Shown piece by piece: positions 34,010-52,205 of a stretch of DNA of 64,000 nt. The translations under genes and the position numbers were made by a program. Positions within the stretch are counted from its first letter, which is position 1, and the number at the start of each line of letters is the position of its first letter. This stretch comes from Chrysomallon squamiferum (Eukaryota; Animalia; Mollusca): positions 19,096,001-19,160,000 of the forward strand of contig CM022667.1 of the NCBI GenBank assembly GCA_012295275.1, given 5' to 3'. The notes under the pieces are model-generated. The model ran no database searches and was not told the DNA's origin. It saw nothing but the letters and a program-made list of their open reading frames with translations.

Positions 34010-34102
<93 letters not shown>

Positions 34103-35489
34103 AGGTACGTAATTAAAAATGCAACAATTAACCAGTTTAATTAATCATTTTATTAACATACTGTTTTACAATAAAACTGCATTTGTATAACAAAAAAGAA
34201 GAAGAAAATCACAGAACTATTAAACCGGATCCCGAAAGAGAAACGCATTTCTATTAAAACAGTAAATAAATAACAGGCATCTTTATTAATAACGAGCAAG
34301 ATATCTATTCAAGGGAGCTAACTTTTGTCAAACTACATAAACACGACACAGCTGAATTGAGTACAGATTTTGTGGTATAGATTTTTGTGCAAGAAGGAAA
34401 GCTATCAAAGATATTGATTATTTCCAATCACAGGTAATCCTTTGAAGGTCAGATCAAAACACGACACAATGGAAATTTTCTTTGTTTTTCTTTCGAACTG
34501 ATGATTTAAGAAAGAGATAAAAAGTCGATAGTTACTTTTTCTTTTGATGAAAATTTCATGCTTTCTTTAGAACGGAAAGAAAATTTCTTCTTGTTCTTAT
34601 TATTAGTTTTAGTATATAAGCAGTATTAGTAATATTAATATTATTATTAGTAGTAACAGATGTATTATTTTGTATACTAATAATAGTATACTACTATAGT
34701 AGCAATAGTATTATTATTACTAGTAGTAGCGGTAGTATTAATAGTAGTAGTAAAAAATGAAATATAATGCTTAAGGTATTAATGCTGGTTAACAAAGGCA
34801 TTTTGGCATTTGGATATTGTCAAAGAATAAAAGATTTTCGTTGATCATATTCTGAAATTCAACTACAAATAATGATATATATGTTAATATTATACTGTGT
34901 TTATATATGTTCATAATATACATATGAATAAGTATTGGTTACACGAAAGCTATTGCACTACGCTAAAGAACAAATGTTCAGTAATAAATAAATAAAAAAT
35001 AACAAAGAGCAAAGGACGAAATTCTTGACACTTTCTGAATGTGTGATTATCAGTAGGGAAACAGTTTATTTTAAAAAATAAAATTTATTTATCAGTGCAT
35101 TTAAATGTGATATCTGTGTTCATGAACCATTTAGAATTGTTTTTGTTTTTGTTTTATGGCATGGATATATCTGTCAATATGATTTTTCATTATAAAGAAA
35201 AAATTGCAATAGTCATCCAAAAAAACAAAAAAAAACTGGAACATACTTACACATACATTTGCTAACATTTTCAAAGTGTATCATGTTCTTAATAAATGAA
35301 AAACTTACTAATCTGAATAAAAAAACCTTTCATGAACACATATTATTTCATTAACTGATTTTTATATATATATATATATATTTTTAAAATAATTTTTATA
35401 AGATATTTTAATAATAAGTTTAAAATGAGAGGAAAAGGGAGTTAACTTCAAAGCGTTGTTGAACATCTCGAGAAGGTTCGTCCTGGGGT

Positions 35490-38653
<3,164 letters not shown>

Positions 38654-39729
38654 ATCTGTAAGAAAGAAAAAGTTTGTAATCTGACTTAAATGTAGCAGAA
38701 TATTTGAAATCGTTCATCAACACATTACTGAATATAAACCGTACGTCCTGCATACGTTTGAAAAGGTTAACTTGCGTAATACAGTCAGTTTAGTGGATCA
38801 CACATTACGTAACAGTTCAGGTGTACAGTTTTTACTGTTTGTGTATTAGATCAAAAAATATATTAATGGGATATCTACAAAGAGTGAAATTTTCTAAACA
38901 TTTCCCAAGAATATTTTTCTTAAATGTTAACTGAAACTCCATGTACAAATATTACTCGTAAAGTGAATATTGTTATGAATTTGCGCACATTTGAACACAA
39001 GTAATTTTAAGATAGTCAAGCGTTAAAACATATTTAATGATTTTTTTTTTTTTTTTTTTTGACTGTTTGGAATTTTAAGTTGTTACATGGCTGTATTGTT
39101 CAGTTACACACAGTAACACATACAGATAACTCCAGTATGCAGTGTTTAAACCTACCACTCCTCCATGTGTTACTCATAATCGGAAATCTTTTGTATTGTG
39201 TATTTTTAATAACTGTCATAGCGATTTGAAAATTGACAGCTAACATATTCAAAACAGGACAGTTTATAAGATAAGGTTTTTAGGTCATTATATGTGTTTG
39301 TATGTGAATGGTAATCTGTTTTATCAACACGTCTGAAAAGAAATGGAGTTACAGTAAGCGATCAAGCGTTTAGTAGAGTTTTCGCTGTAATAGTTTTGAC
39401 TGGTACAAGCTGAAACTTTATTGCCTACACCAGGGTGTTTGTTAAATAATAATTATAAAGTTGTGTTAAGTAATTAAAGAAACTTTTATTAGTGTGGGTA
39501 AAACACCTAAATGAATAAAATTGTAAATAAATAAATAAATAAAGAAATAAATAAATAAAAGAAAAGAAAAGAAAAGAAAATTAAAACAAAATTTAAAAAT
39601 TACAACTACTTCACAATTATTTATAAAATCCTTTGAAAAAGATCTTTACAGACATAATGAAATAAACTTACTTGTTTTCAACATTTAAATTACTTAAACG
39701 TACAAGCACTTATATACAAATATACTACC

Positions 39730-39777
<48 letters not shown>

Positions 39778-40705
39778 TACAATCACACAAACACACACAC
39801 ACACACACACCCATGACACATAACATATACAAACTGATATGCATGCAGAAATACACCTTTCTATGTCCATACTTTTATACAGACACATTACATAAGCACA
39901 CACCTTGAGGATTTCAATTATTTTTTAATCTGCATTTTACTGACACTTAAAGAACACTAACTTAACGTTTTAAGAAAATACATTAATCCACGCCTCGGTT
40001 GCCTGTCCTCATACTTGCCAACATTGCCGCTTTTAATTCCACCCCCACCCCCAATCCAACCGTTTGAATGAAATCAATAAGTATTAACCGAACACTGAAT
40101 TGGGTGAAATCCTACACCGTACCCCACGCGACACACAAAGGTGTGCACTGAAATGTGGGTCGAAGATAAAACAAGTTCAGATTGGTGTGCAGATAGTCCA
40201 GTATTTTAACCGTTATCGGACTCACAGCAACATTCAACAGGTGTCGTATTACAAAATAGCGTTAAACAAAAACAGACCAGTTCAAAAAGCGTTATACAGC
40301 TGTAAGGCGTGTATTGTAGTCACAATGCCTATAGTTGGAAATATACAAAACAAAACCATTATACAGCAAATATACAAATATTTTTACACAAGTATTGGAT
40401 TATATTATAACAAAACCCTTTATTCAAGCATTATCTATCAGCTGGTCGATGTTTCTTTAAAAATAATGTCTGCTGGTGTCTGCTTTATTGAGAATAATTT
40501 TGAGGTTTCCAATCAGTTTATTAATATCATCATCATCATCATCACTGTTATTATTATTACGACTATTTAATCTATTATTATTTTCTTTCAATAACATTAA
40601 AACAGAAAAATCTGATGATCTTTATTATTAAAATAGCATTTTACTCTAATGTTAATGGGTTTTTTGTGTTATATGTATGTGTTTAATGTATCAGACAGAA
40701 AAATA

Positions 40706-40742
<37 letters not shown>

Positions 40743-43359
40743 CAACACAAAGGGCACTAGCTAGAACGGGCAATTTCTCAATGACGCATGGAGAAAGACT
40801 GATCCTGAAATCAAATGTATTTCAAATGATAGCACTAAGTACTAAGCTTCCTATTAATAAATTAATAAATAAATAAATACTAAATAAATAAATAAATAAC
40901 ATAACATAACATAACATAACATAACATAAAAATAATTTCAAAAACAACAAATACAAAAAGTAGATTCACATATTACATATTATTTGTTTCTAAAGGTATA
41001 ATTCACAATGAAACTTGACAAAGAAAGGAAGAAAAACACACACAAAAAAAAAGAAAAAAGAACAACAGCAAATAAAAACTAACATCAAATAAATCCTAGT
41101 CTGATATTAATGTGCTATAAATCGTCAATAATGCCATATAAATAAACGGTTAACAATTATTTGTCACTTTGTCGGTTATATCTGTGTTCAGTATCTGATT
41201 AAAAACATTTCTCTGTGAGTTGCACCCACCACGAATCTGTCAGATTTAGTGTTCCGTGTAACAAACGTACGTTATTATATATTTAACTTTCTAACATTTA
41301 GCTATTATAAAAAAAAAAAAAAAACAGCAGAAGAAAAAGAAAGAAACAAAAAAAGCTGTAGAATTAAAAGAGAAAATTAAAGGTTGAAAATAAAATAAAA
41401 AAAAAATAAATAAAGAAAAAAAATAGAAATGAAATAAAAGAAAAAGATGTATCTTATTCATACCTAGCACAACATACACACGCATACGCACACACACACA
41501 CAAATATATCTATACACAGAGTAACATATAAACACATAGAAATACATATGTAAAAAACTAAACATTGCGCACGCATTTCACCTTACACACACATATATAC
41601 GAACACACACACACAAGAATAAATCGGATCGCACCTAAATACGCCTTCATAAACAGACATGTACACAAAATATCTGCACCCATCAACACGAATGGACACA
41701 AATATGCCTACATCTATCATCCAGCCAGCCAGCCTTGAACTCTCGGCTAATTAGATATTGTCTTGAGATAATTAACCGAGACATAAAAATAACATTAAAA
41801 TAGATTAACTGACAAATAAAATAATAATAATAATACATTAAAAAAAATATATATATAAATAATTCATAACTTTGTCTGAACTGGTTTTGCTCGAAACGAC
41901 CTAACAGCCATGTATTTTTTTTTTTTTTTTTTTTTTTGCTGCAGAGAAATTTGACATTAAATTTGTTACGTGAGACCATTACAAAACCGATCAATAACTG
42001 ATCAATAAAAGCCGATCTGTCTCAGAAATATCAAATTGCGATCCAACACGTGGCCTTACCTGTTCGATTTGTGTTCCAGGTAAGCTGAGGTGAGGAATGA
42101 AACATCGAAAATAAATTAAATTTTCTTGTGCAAGGTCGCGATTCACTACGACCGACGTATCCCGTCGCAAAAACTTGTTTACCTTTGCTACGTGGTTACT
42201 AATAGGAAGTTTCGCTGTCATACCGGGGTTGTTTGTTTACTGCGTTCATTGTTCAAAAAAAATTGCTGCCATCTGCAGGTGAGGTTCAGGCCTAAAGAAA
42301 GATAACTGCGTCCTAGAGGTTAGTGAAGAGATCGATATTTTATTTCTTGCTTCGGTGATCTGGGAATGAGACCAATTCCCGATTGAAAAACAGTAACGGC
42401 GGAGAAAGGGGGGACAAGCTTACTCAATTTTATTGAACAAATACAAGCATCTTTAAATATGTTGTATCTATTTTCAGTTAAATCCTTTTTTTGATTACGT
42501 GGTCTGATTAATATTATTATTTAGATTTATGTAGATGCCAGTGTGTGTTTTTAATTTTGTATTATTATTATATTTTTTTTTCATATAGGCGTCTATCCGT
42601 TCATATATTTTTTTTATAGTGTAAAGTAGTGACGTGTTGTTTAGTGTATTGTAGTTTAATGTAGTGAAGTATATTGTCGTCTGGTGTAGTGTAGTGAACT
42701 GTAATGTTATATTCTGTAGTCTAGTTTAGTGTAGTATAGTGTCATGTAGTGTCTGTACTTACATGTGTGTTATTAATTTTTGAACTTCAGCCGTCTTTGA
42801 CATTTATCAGTTATTTTTGTTTCTTTATTTTTAATACTTTACAGAAATAATGAAAAGTATTTTACATTTGCTTACACGATTCTGCGCACTCCCGTACACA
42901 TACAAACGCACACACATACTCCAATATTTTCACAAACAGAAACGAAGACGTACGCTATCACATACTGACATTTCAGACATTCCAAAATGAACATGAATTA
43001 ATCTTCATTTAAAGAATACATTATTTATTTATTTATTCATTTTATTTTATTTTATTTTACTTTATTTTTATTTTTATATATATATTTTTTTTTAATTTCT
43101 TATTTATTTATTTATTTTTTTATTATTTATTTATTTTATTTTTTGTTTCTCTAACCATTTCTCTTAAAACTGATTTGAAATCATCGTAATTTAATAATTA
43201 AATAAATTTATTATTATTATTAACAACAACAATAAAAACAAAATCAAAACAACAGCAACTACAACAACAAAAAATAAATAAAAATAAAATAATAATAAAA
43301 TAATAGCAATAATAATTAAAACAGTATGTTAATTTCCACTGGACATCCTGTTTTGTCAG

Positions 43360-43399
<40 letters not shown>

Positions 43400-44344
43400 A
43401 ATAATAATAATAATAATAATAATACGGGAAAATAACAGGCCGAACTGAATAAGCTTGTCAAATATTAAAATTTTTCTTTATTAAAAATTCAAATCAGACA
43501 ACAGTTGAAAACAAGTCGATATATTCCTCCAGAATTTTCAGTTTTGTTTCGAAAATTATTACTGTTACAGCATCATTTGTTGTTGTTTTGGGATTTTTTT
43601 TTTTTTTCTTTTTCTTAAACTTCAAAACAGAAAATAAAACAGTTTTTAAAATTAAAATTCAAAACATATAAACATTTTGGAATCTAACTGTGTGTCTATG
43701 TACTGGATTTAAAAAAAAAACATCATTTTCAAGTATTTCATAGACATCCACATTAAGTGACGTCATTAAAAAAAAATTCTGCTAACGGAAAAATTTCTTT
43801 GCCAGAACATTGTATAAATTTCAAATGCTTCTGGCGAATTTTAATATTGTAATATATCAGATAAAAATTTCATTTTAATACTTATTAAATTAATTTTCAG
43901 TAATATTTCAAAATATCAGGCATTTTTACTGACCTTCAGGACACCGATACATTTTGAGTGTCGTCTGCTGGAACACTGAATATGAAATGATAATATCGGC
44001 GAGACTCGTAGGTTTTTTTGCTCGAGATCGGAACATTACGTATATCTTCGATGAAACTGACGTCATATAATGTAGCTTAAATACGAAAGACAACTTTATT
44101 TTGCCCACATTATTTTAACTTCAAACATATTTTTGTTTTTGTTTTTTGTTGAAGAAGACGAATGTACTGAAAAAGTATTAGAGTAAACTTTAGTTTTTGT
44201 AATAGCCTTAAAAATCATGTTTCCTTTAACTTTTGTTAGTTTTCCTTCTATTCGTCTTTTCTTCACTCTGTTTTTAAATCTGTCTGTTTCTCTCTCTAAA
44301 TGTTATCTCTGTCTTTCATGTTTCAGATTCTTTCTGGATAAAAA

Positions 44345-44395
<51 letters not shown>

Positions 44396-44989
44396 TTGTG
44401 ATGATGATGACTGCTGAAGATAAAACTTTTGACCAAGCGACTTTGTGTCTCCCATTGTTAGATGACAGATAACAGATAATTTTCACTTTTTAAAAAATTT
44501 AAATTTATAATCATATATTATTACTTTCGTTGCATTAACATGTAGAACCCTATGCTCGGTACAGAAGTTTAAAATATCATATCAAACACTGAACAATATT
44601 ATTATCTAACTTGTCTTAAATATTTATCTGTTGTATTATTAATGCACTTTGCCATGTATATTATTACCAGATGTATCTATGATTTTAACTCTTAGTCACT
44701 GAGAAATTTTTTCAAAAACACTGCGAAACTAACTATTAACAGACATTAATTTTAAACCGCTATAACATCATTTGTTGGTCAGGTTAATTAATAAGAGAAT
44801 TCGATACATAATTCCATACATCTATAGAATGAATGTTTAACATCACAAAAAAATATGTCGGCTATTGGGGACATCTATAGAAAACGTTTGTTAATTATCA
44901 TTGTTTTATGTGAAAGAATCATTTCAATTACTTTATTTTTAATGATATTAAATAATGATCAAATTAAAACACATTACTTGTTTTAAATG

Positions 44990-45000
44990 TTTATTTTATT
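44990..45000 (-). terminator. Candidate polyadenylation signal(s) of the CRAL-TRIO gene
   Basis: Two overlapping AATAAA on the minus strand about 95 nt after the stop. The AT-rich context makes a chance match plausible. Confidence 0.35.
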
Positions 45001-45094
45001 TTCAATCACAGAAGAGCTCTGATAAATTAACGATTCTGAACATGATAATGATCACGTGATTAACATAAATATTAGTCTCAGACTGCGAGTAACA

Positions 45095-45720
45095 TCATGT
45101 GCTCAGTGGGATTGCGTCCTGTGGTATTTGAAATTCTGCCGAAATCTTTAAGTCGTCTGCGCCATCTTGTACTTCATCCTCGCTATCACTGCACACGTCC
45201 GCCTCGGCCTGCGCACGTGTACGTTCACGAATTTCGTCTGGGGACGCTTCCACCACCGCCACCTCCCCGGAAAGACTGTCCACAATGTTTGGGTGTGGTT
45301 TGTGCACTCGTTTCATCGACCGTCGGCTGTTTACGGAAAAGGTATCGATAAACTGAGCCACGTACGAGGGACATCCTCGAGGATCGTGACTCCCTTTGTC
45401 GCTTGGGCCATTCCAAAAACAGGCCTGCGACTTGGGCAAAGGTCTTTGTTTATTGGCTTTTATCTCTCCCAGCAGCCAATCAGAAAGTTCGTCTGAAAAG
45501 TATTTGGAAAATGTCTGCACTATTTTTCTCTTTGATCTGATTAGCTTCATTTTGGCGACTGTGTTCTGGTGTAAGAAGACCTTGATGGCTTTCCACACGC
45601 CGTGGAACACCGGACTGTGGTTAATGCAGAGGACCATCCCGAGCCGCTCCGGGTAGTGCGTGGCAAGAACCTGCGTTACACCGTAACCTAGCTTCGGGTT
45701 ACACGAATTTAATGTCATAC
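45095..45720 (-). CDS. CRAL-TRIO gene last coding exon
   Basis: TTTCAG|GT ATG ACA... running to TGA at 45095. Confidence 0.9.
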
Positions 45721-46365
45721 CTGAAATACAACGCGACATTTTTGTTACACAAAATAACGTAATGCAACCTCGATGGTTATTTACATCTGTTACTACGACA
45801 TTTTCTGTCTGTCTTTTTGTCATATTAATATCGTCTGTTAGTGTATACTCTAATATTATCGATTATTACTGATAACATCAAATGTCATTAATCTCTTTCT
45901 TTGACTTTCAGTTCGTCTGCACGCTACTTGTCGTATTTCTTCTATTATATCACAGTAAATAATAACATATAATAAATTCAGCAAAAACAAAACATATCAT
46001 ATCACATCAGACAGGAGCCTTCCTGTTATTATATCACCTATTTATTGTTCTTAATATGATCTCTTACCGGTGCAGTCTATAATAAAGACCCATGTGGAAA
46101 TGCCCGGCTTCATAGTCATCTTGGCATTTTCAATGAGATATATCACGTGACATATGGTGTCTTCTGCTGTGTTTCTGTGCGTGGCAGCCTGGGCGAAGTT
46201 TGAGTACAACACTGGACGTCCAACCTCGTCAAAACCAACCTGCCTCTGTGAAAAAAAAAAAAATAAATAAATAAACAAATAAACAAACAACGAACGAATC
46301 AACGAACAGTCGAAATAAATACCATATACGAATACAAAAAAAATAATAATAATAAAATAATCAAA

Positions 46366-46463
<98 letters not shown>

Positions 46464-46822
46464 AAAAAGAACCAAGAACAAATGAACAGACAAATAAACT
46501 AAATAATTAACATTAACAAAGAATCCAAATAATTAACAAATCTTATTTATTCATATATATATATATCTATATATATATATCCTGGTATTTAATTGCTCTG
46601 AAAATGTCACTGTATTTGATTAAAGTGTAGACTACTGTTTTACTCGCCATGGAGTGGTAGCCTGGTCGCTCGTGACACCAGGAGCAGTCGCTGTGCAGAG
46701 GGCGTGTCTGTCTTCTGTACTCCATCGTGTCCTTCAGCAGCCGCTCCGCCTCGTCCATCTTCCAGTCACGTGACTTCAAGTACCGGGCTAGTCTGAGGTG
46801 TAATAACAACAACAACAACAAC

Positions 46823-46870
<48 letters not shown>

Positions 46871-49312
46871 TGATGATGATAATTGATTATAATAACAACA
46901 ACAACAGCAATGATAGCAGCAACAGCTACAGTAATAATAATAATAATAATGATAATGATTATAATAATAACAACAACAAAAAACTTATAATAACAACAAC
47001 AACAATTGCAATAATAGCAAAAATAATAATAAATAATAAAAATAATAATAATGATGTAATAACAACAATAATTACAACAACAACAAAAAAGAAAGAAGAA
47101 GAAATAATAAAAACTAACTATAAACTCCACAGCAACAACAATTGACAACAATACGTAGAAAAATAATAATAAATAATAAAAATAAAAGTTTAATAACAAC
47201 AAGAACAATAATAATAACAACAACATAAACAAAAAGAAGAAAAAATAAAACACGACTAACAATAAGCTCCATCACAACAACTACAACCAAGACGACAACA
47301 AGACGTAGACAGAAGATTGAGAATAAAACACACACACACAAACACACACGTACGTATGTAGACACATACATATACTAACATATACATACACTCACAAATG
47401 CATAAACCTACACACACAAATACAGTCTGTAAAATGGAACTGTTTTTTATTTTTAATTTCCTGTTCAAAACGTCACATAAATCCCATCGTCAATTTATCT
47501 CCCTGCACATCTACAGTATGTCATATAAAAAACACAGTTCAGGGACAATTTTTATTAACACATTTTTCAAGTTATTGGATATTTTCGATTACGTAATAGA
47601 TCATTTTAGCTACGTATTGAAAGCGGCAATATTTCATTACGCTCTTTTACAACGAGAGGTTACAAAATTCATTTGAACACAGTAGTTAATTTGCAGTGCT
47701 TTGCTGCAAATACACATATTATTTGTTTCTGTAAAGACAATAAACTCAATTTCGCCCAATCTGAGGGGTTGTTAAGTTCAAATTACAAAGCTTTAATTAA
47801 TTAAAGGTTGATTTTGTTTCTGTCTAACACCTTCCAAAATCGATAATGATAAAACTGTTAGCGAAAGCTTTGTATATACACAACACCTTCCTCGTCTGTT
47901 TTCTGTGTCCAATCTTTCATTACGTCATTACGTACGTAATAATTCAGAGACATATACTGTGTATACTCGTGATGTTATGGGGAAAATAGACTCAACTGTA
48001 ACATGGATAGATAATATAATATGATATGATATGATACGGTAAGGTACGAGATAGTATAGTATAGTATAGCATAATATAGTATAGTATAGTATAGTACAGT
48101 ACAGTACAATATAATTTAGAACAGTCAAGAACAGCACAGAATTAATTATATATTGGTATAATATAGTATTAGAATAGTATAGTTATAATATTATATAGTA
48201 AAATATAATATAGTATGGCATAGTATAGTATTGCTTAGTATAGTTTATAGTAATGTAAGCATAGTTTAATATATTATAGTATACAGTAGTACAGTATAGT
48301 ATAGCATAATGCAGTACAGTACGGTACAGAACTATTGAGCATAGTATAGTACAGCATAGCATTGTTTAGTACAGTATGGTATAGTATACAGTACAGTATA
48401 TTGTAGTATAGTATAATATAATATAATGTAATATTATATTGACATAACAGATTTAGGCTAATCGCGAAATATGTATAATATTCGGGAGTAGACAGACGCC
48501 GCCATTTTAACTGGGAAAGCCAGACAGACGTGAGCCAGAGCTGGCAACATCTGCTGTGTATCGATCAGCTGACAAACGCGCCGCCGAAAGAACACAACTG
48601 CATATTAAATCGCGATAGCGATAACAAAACGTCTGATTTAAATTAATTTTAACAGGCGTGATATGTCTGCAGCATATTACATCTTCTAAACTTTTTTTTT
48701 TAAAATCTCTCTGTCCACATTTGCATCTGGTGTTTAAAAATCAAATTTATTAAAATATCTTGCTCAACCAAACAATCATTCATTTGGTCCATCCATCCAT
48801 CCATCCATCCATCCATCCATCCCATCCATCCATCCATCCATCCATATATCCATCCATCTATCTATCTATCTATCCATCCTTCATTCACGGAAGAAAGCAC
48901 AGAACGTTTCCAAACAAAAAAGCAATCAACTGGTAAGCAATTCAACAAACTAATTAACAGAATAAATAACTTATTAAAACACTCTCCAGCTGTCTGAACT
49001 TTATATATAAATAAATTAATGAATAAATAAATAAATAAACAAAAAAAACAACAACAACAAAACAAACAAATGCATACAAAAACAAAAAAAAACACAAGAA
49101 AAAACCCAACCGCCCCAAGAAAAACAACAACAACACACAACAAAAGAAAACAAACAAACAAATAAATAAAATAAATAAATGAAACAAGCAAGCAGTCAAA
49201 CAAATAAATAAATAAACGAAACAAACATCCTAAAAACCAAGCAACCAAAGACGCAAACAAGTAATGAAATAAATAAATAAAATAAAATAAAATAAAATAA
49301 AATAAAATAAAA

Positions 49313-49347
<35 letters not shown>

Positions 49348-49386
49348 AATAAAATAAAATAAATAAATAAATAAATAAACAAATAA

Positions 49387-49443
<57 letters not shown>

Positions 49444-49961
49444 AAATAAATAAATAAATAAAATAAAATAAAATAAATAAATAAACAAATAAATAAACAA
49501 ATAAATAAATAAATAAAATAAACATGAAATAATAATAAAAAAAATAAAATAAAATAAATAAATATAATAAAATAAATAAACAAATAAATAAATAAATAAA
49601 TAAATAAAATAAAAATGAAATGAAATGAAATAAAATAAATAAATATAATAAAAAAAAAAAAATAATAATAAAATAAAATAAACAAATAAATAAATAAATA
49701 AAATAAAATAAAATAAAATAAAATAAATAAAATAAAAATGAAATAAAATAAAATAAAATAACTAAATAATAAAAAAAAAACAAAAAAACAACAACAACTA
49801 AATAAAATAAATAAATAAATAAAATACATAAACTAAAATAAAACAAGTAAGTAAACTCACGTCTCTTCAGATAACGCGAAGTCTGGCTCCTCTGGTATCG
49901 GTTCCACATTTTGTATTCTTCGTTTTAACTCGGCGATCAATTTTTCTTTGTCGGAAGACAT
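45095..49961 (-). CDS. CRAL-TRIO (Sec14-like) lipid-binding domain protein (349 aa, 4 coding exons)
   Basis: Exons 49961-49861, 46792-46648, 46245-46068 and 45720-45095 total 1050 nt; phases 2,0,1. The CRAL_TRIO_N motif is [36 protein letters not shown] motifs are [23 protein letters not shown] and [10 protein letters not shown]...[20 protein letters not shown]. Confidence 0.9.
46068..46245 (-). CDS. CRAL-TRIO gene coding exon 3
   Basis: TTTCACAG|AGG CAG GTT...ACC G|GTAAGA. Confidence 0.9.
46648..46792 (-). CDS. CRAL-TRIO gene coding exon 2
   Basis: CCTCAG|A CTA GCC CGG...TCC ATG|GCGAGT (GC donor). Confidence 0.82.
48010..48440. repeat. Degenerate pentamer satellite (TATAG/TACAG)n
   Basis: Read directly; a related (TAGTG)n tract lies at about 42615-42750. 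Confidence 0.85.
49005..49845. repeat. ~840-bp A-rich low-complexity tract (AAAT/AAAAT/polyA)
   Basis: Read directly; begins just after the first coding-exon donor of the CRAL-TRIO gene. Confidence 0.92.
49861..49961 (-). CDS. CRAL-TRIO gene coding exon 1
   Basis: Acceptor CTGTAG| at 50000, start context AAAATG, encodes [33 protein letters not shown]; donor AC|GTGAGT, phase 2. Confidence 0.85.
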
Positions 49962-50597
49962 TTTGTAAACACGAACTGTTTCCTGTACAGTGCTGCCACC
50001 TACAGTGAAGAAAAAAAAGAGTAAACTATTAAATAGATTATGAAATAAATTTAATATTTTGTTTTTTAACTTTTGGTTTGTCTTCTATAGCAAAATATTT
50101 TAAAATTATGTAAGAGAACTTCCGGTTAATTAAATAGTGTCAAATTATGAATAATGAACATTTTCTAGTTAAAATATAAACAATTAAGTAGCCAAGTCAT
50201 TAAATAAATAATAATTAATGATGATGATGACTGTGACGATGGTAACAATAACAAATTCTCAGGCCTGGAAATAAATAATAAGTTATTCACAAGTTCAGAT
50301 TATGTTACTGCGCATACGTAAACCAGAATGACGTCACCTACGATGAACAATAGTTTTTATTACCTCAGTTTGCCTCAACTGCTCTGTGAAAAAAATGAAA
50401 CGTTAAAAAAACGGCTTCAACATTCGATTTTGTTTTTGATTAGCAGGTTTATGTTTCACATTAGGAATACAGTGATATGTCGCTGTAACATGTATAGTTC
50501 CTATAACGCGAATTGCCTCTCGCAGGAAAAGCTCGCTCTACATTATATATAATTATATACCCACTTCATAAAAAGAAGATAAACAAACAAGGCGATG

Positions 50598-50674
<77 letters not shown>

Positions 50675-50892
50675 ATATGCGTGTGTATAAATATATATAT
50701 ATATGAACATATATATTAAATTATTAAAAAATATTAATAATAAACAAAAAATAAGAAAAACGGGAAAGACTAATAATAAAACAACATTAACAGCACAGAA
50801 AAAAATAAATAAAATTTAACTGTAAGTAGATTAAAATAATTAATAATAAATAGATAGAAATAAAGTAAAAATAAATAACTATTCCTATAGCT

Positions 50893-51250
50893 GCTGTTAT
50901 TACTGTCACTACTATTACGACACCTACTATTATTACTGTCACTACTATTACGACACCTACTATTATTACTGTCACTACTATTACGACACCTACTATTATT
51001 ACTGTCACTACTATTACGACATCTACTATTATTACTGTCACTACTATTACGACATCTACTATTATTACTGTCACTACTATTACGACACCTACTATTATTA
51101 CTATCACTACTATTACGACATCTACTATTATTACTATCACTACTATTACGACACCTACTATTATTACTATCACTACTATTACGACATCTACTATTATTAC
51201 TGTCACTACTATTACGACACCTACTGTTATTACTGTCACTACTATTATTA
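50893..51250. repeat. 33-bp minisatellite (about 11 copies)
   Basis: Unit TATTACTGTCACTACTATTACGACACCTACTAT with few variants; it produces the spurious Val/Ile-rich ORF 50787..51422. Confidence 0.92.
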
Positions 51251-51487
51251 CAGCTACTGTTCTCAGTATCACCACCACCACCACCACCACTACTACTACT
51301 ACTACTATTACTACTACTACTACTACTGGTACTTGTCCTACACAGTGGATTGTTACAGTAAAGTAATGTTTACTACTAATACTGCTGCTGCTGCAGCAAC
51401 AACAACAAGAAGTAAACAACAAACAACGACAACGACGACAACAATAATAACAAAAGTGCTAACGACAATAATAATAATAATAATAGA

Positions 51488-51527
<40 letters not shown>

Positions 51528-51970
51528 ATAATAATAATAATAATAATGACGGTGATTTTGAAAATATAGGTCTTACAAAAAAGAAAAAAAAAAAAATCGT
51601 TAGGTTTTTTCCCAGTTTCTTTCTATCTCTCTCTCGTGTTCTTTGTACTTGAACCGACTCACCTCTAGATGTCCTTGGTAGATGACAAGCAGCGAAAAAT
51701 AATAAATCGTCTACTCAAGGTTCTCTTCGTTGTCTCTAAACCCATTACCGGTTGTTGGTCCGCGAATAAATATCAATAGTATACTAACTACGACATTATC
51801 GCGTTAATAACGCGAAATCAGAGTGCCAAACAGAAACGTTTCTTTTAATCTGATGTCGTCTGGTACCAAAATAGGGTATTCAGCTGCAAGCGAAACCTCT
51901 GCAGGCGTCTCAGTGCATTTGTATGCGCTCAGAAAATCTCCTTTACATGTACTGAACATACACGATATTC

Positions 51971-52057
<87 letters not shown>

Positions 52058-52174
52058 CCTTAAACTGTTCCCAAATAATAATAAAAACTAAAAATAAACA
52101 AAATGTATAGAATTCTGCATTCACCAGCGGTCAAGCATTATAAGATATTACCATAGGAACTACCATAGTTGTAA

Positions 52175-52205
<31 letters not shown>

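Noticed and set aside
40100-40570. 156-aa plus-strand ORF
   Set aside because: Non-ATG start, no recognisable domain, no flanking splice signals and an AT-rich low-complexity end.
45721-45823. N-terminal 34 aa of the 242-aa ORF
   Set aside because: Intronic; a phase-compatible acceptor at 45721 joins the upstream CRAL-TRIO exon.
48862-49909. Long Phe/Ile/Tyr/Leu-rich ORFs resembling membrane proteins
   Set aside because: Translation of an A-rich low-complexity tract; the real exon is 49961-49861 in a different frame.
50233-50246. X-box-like GTGACGATGGTAAC
   Set aside because: Embedded in a degenerate (GAT)n run with two mismatches; likely chance.
50787-51422. 211-aa Val/Ile repeat ORF, and a CRISPR-like periodic appearance
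   Set aside because: A head-to-tail 33-bp minisatellite with no unique spacers, in a eukaryotic context with no cas genes.
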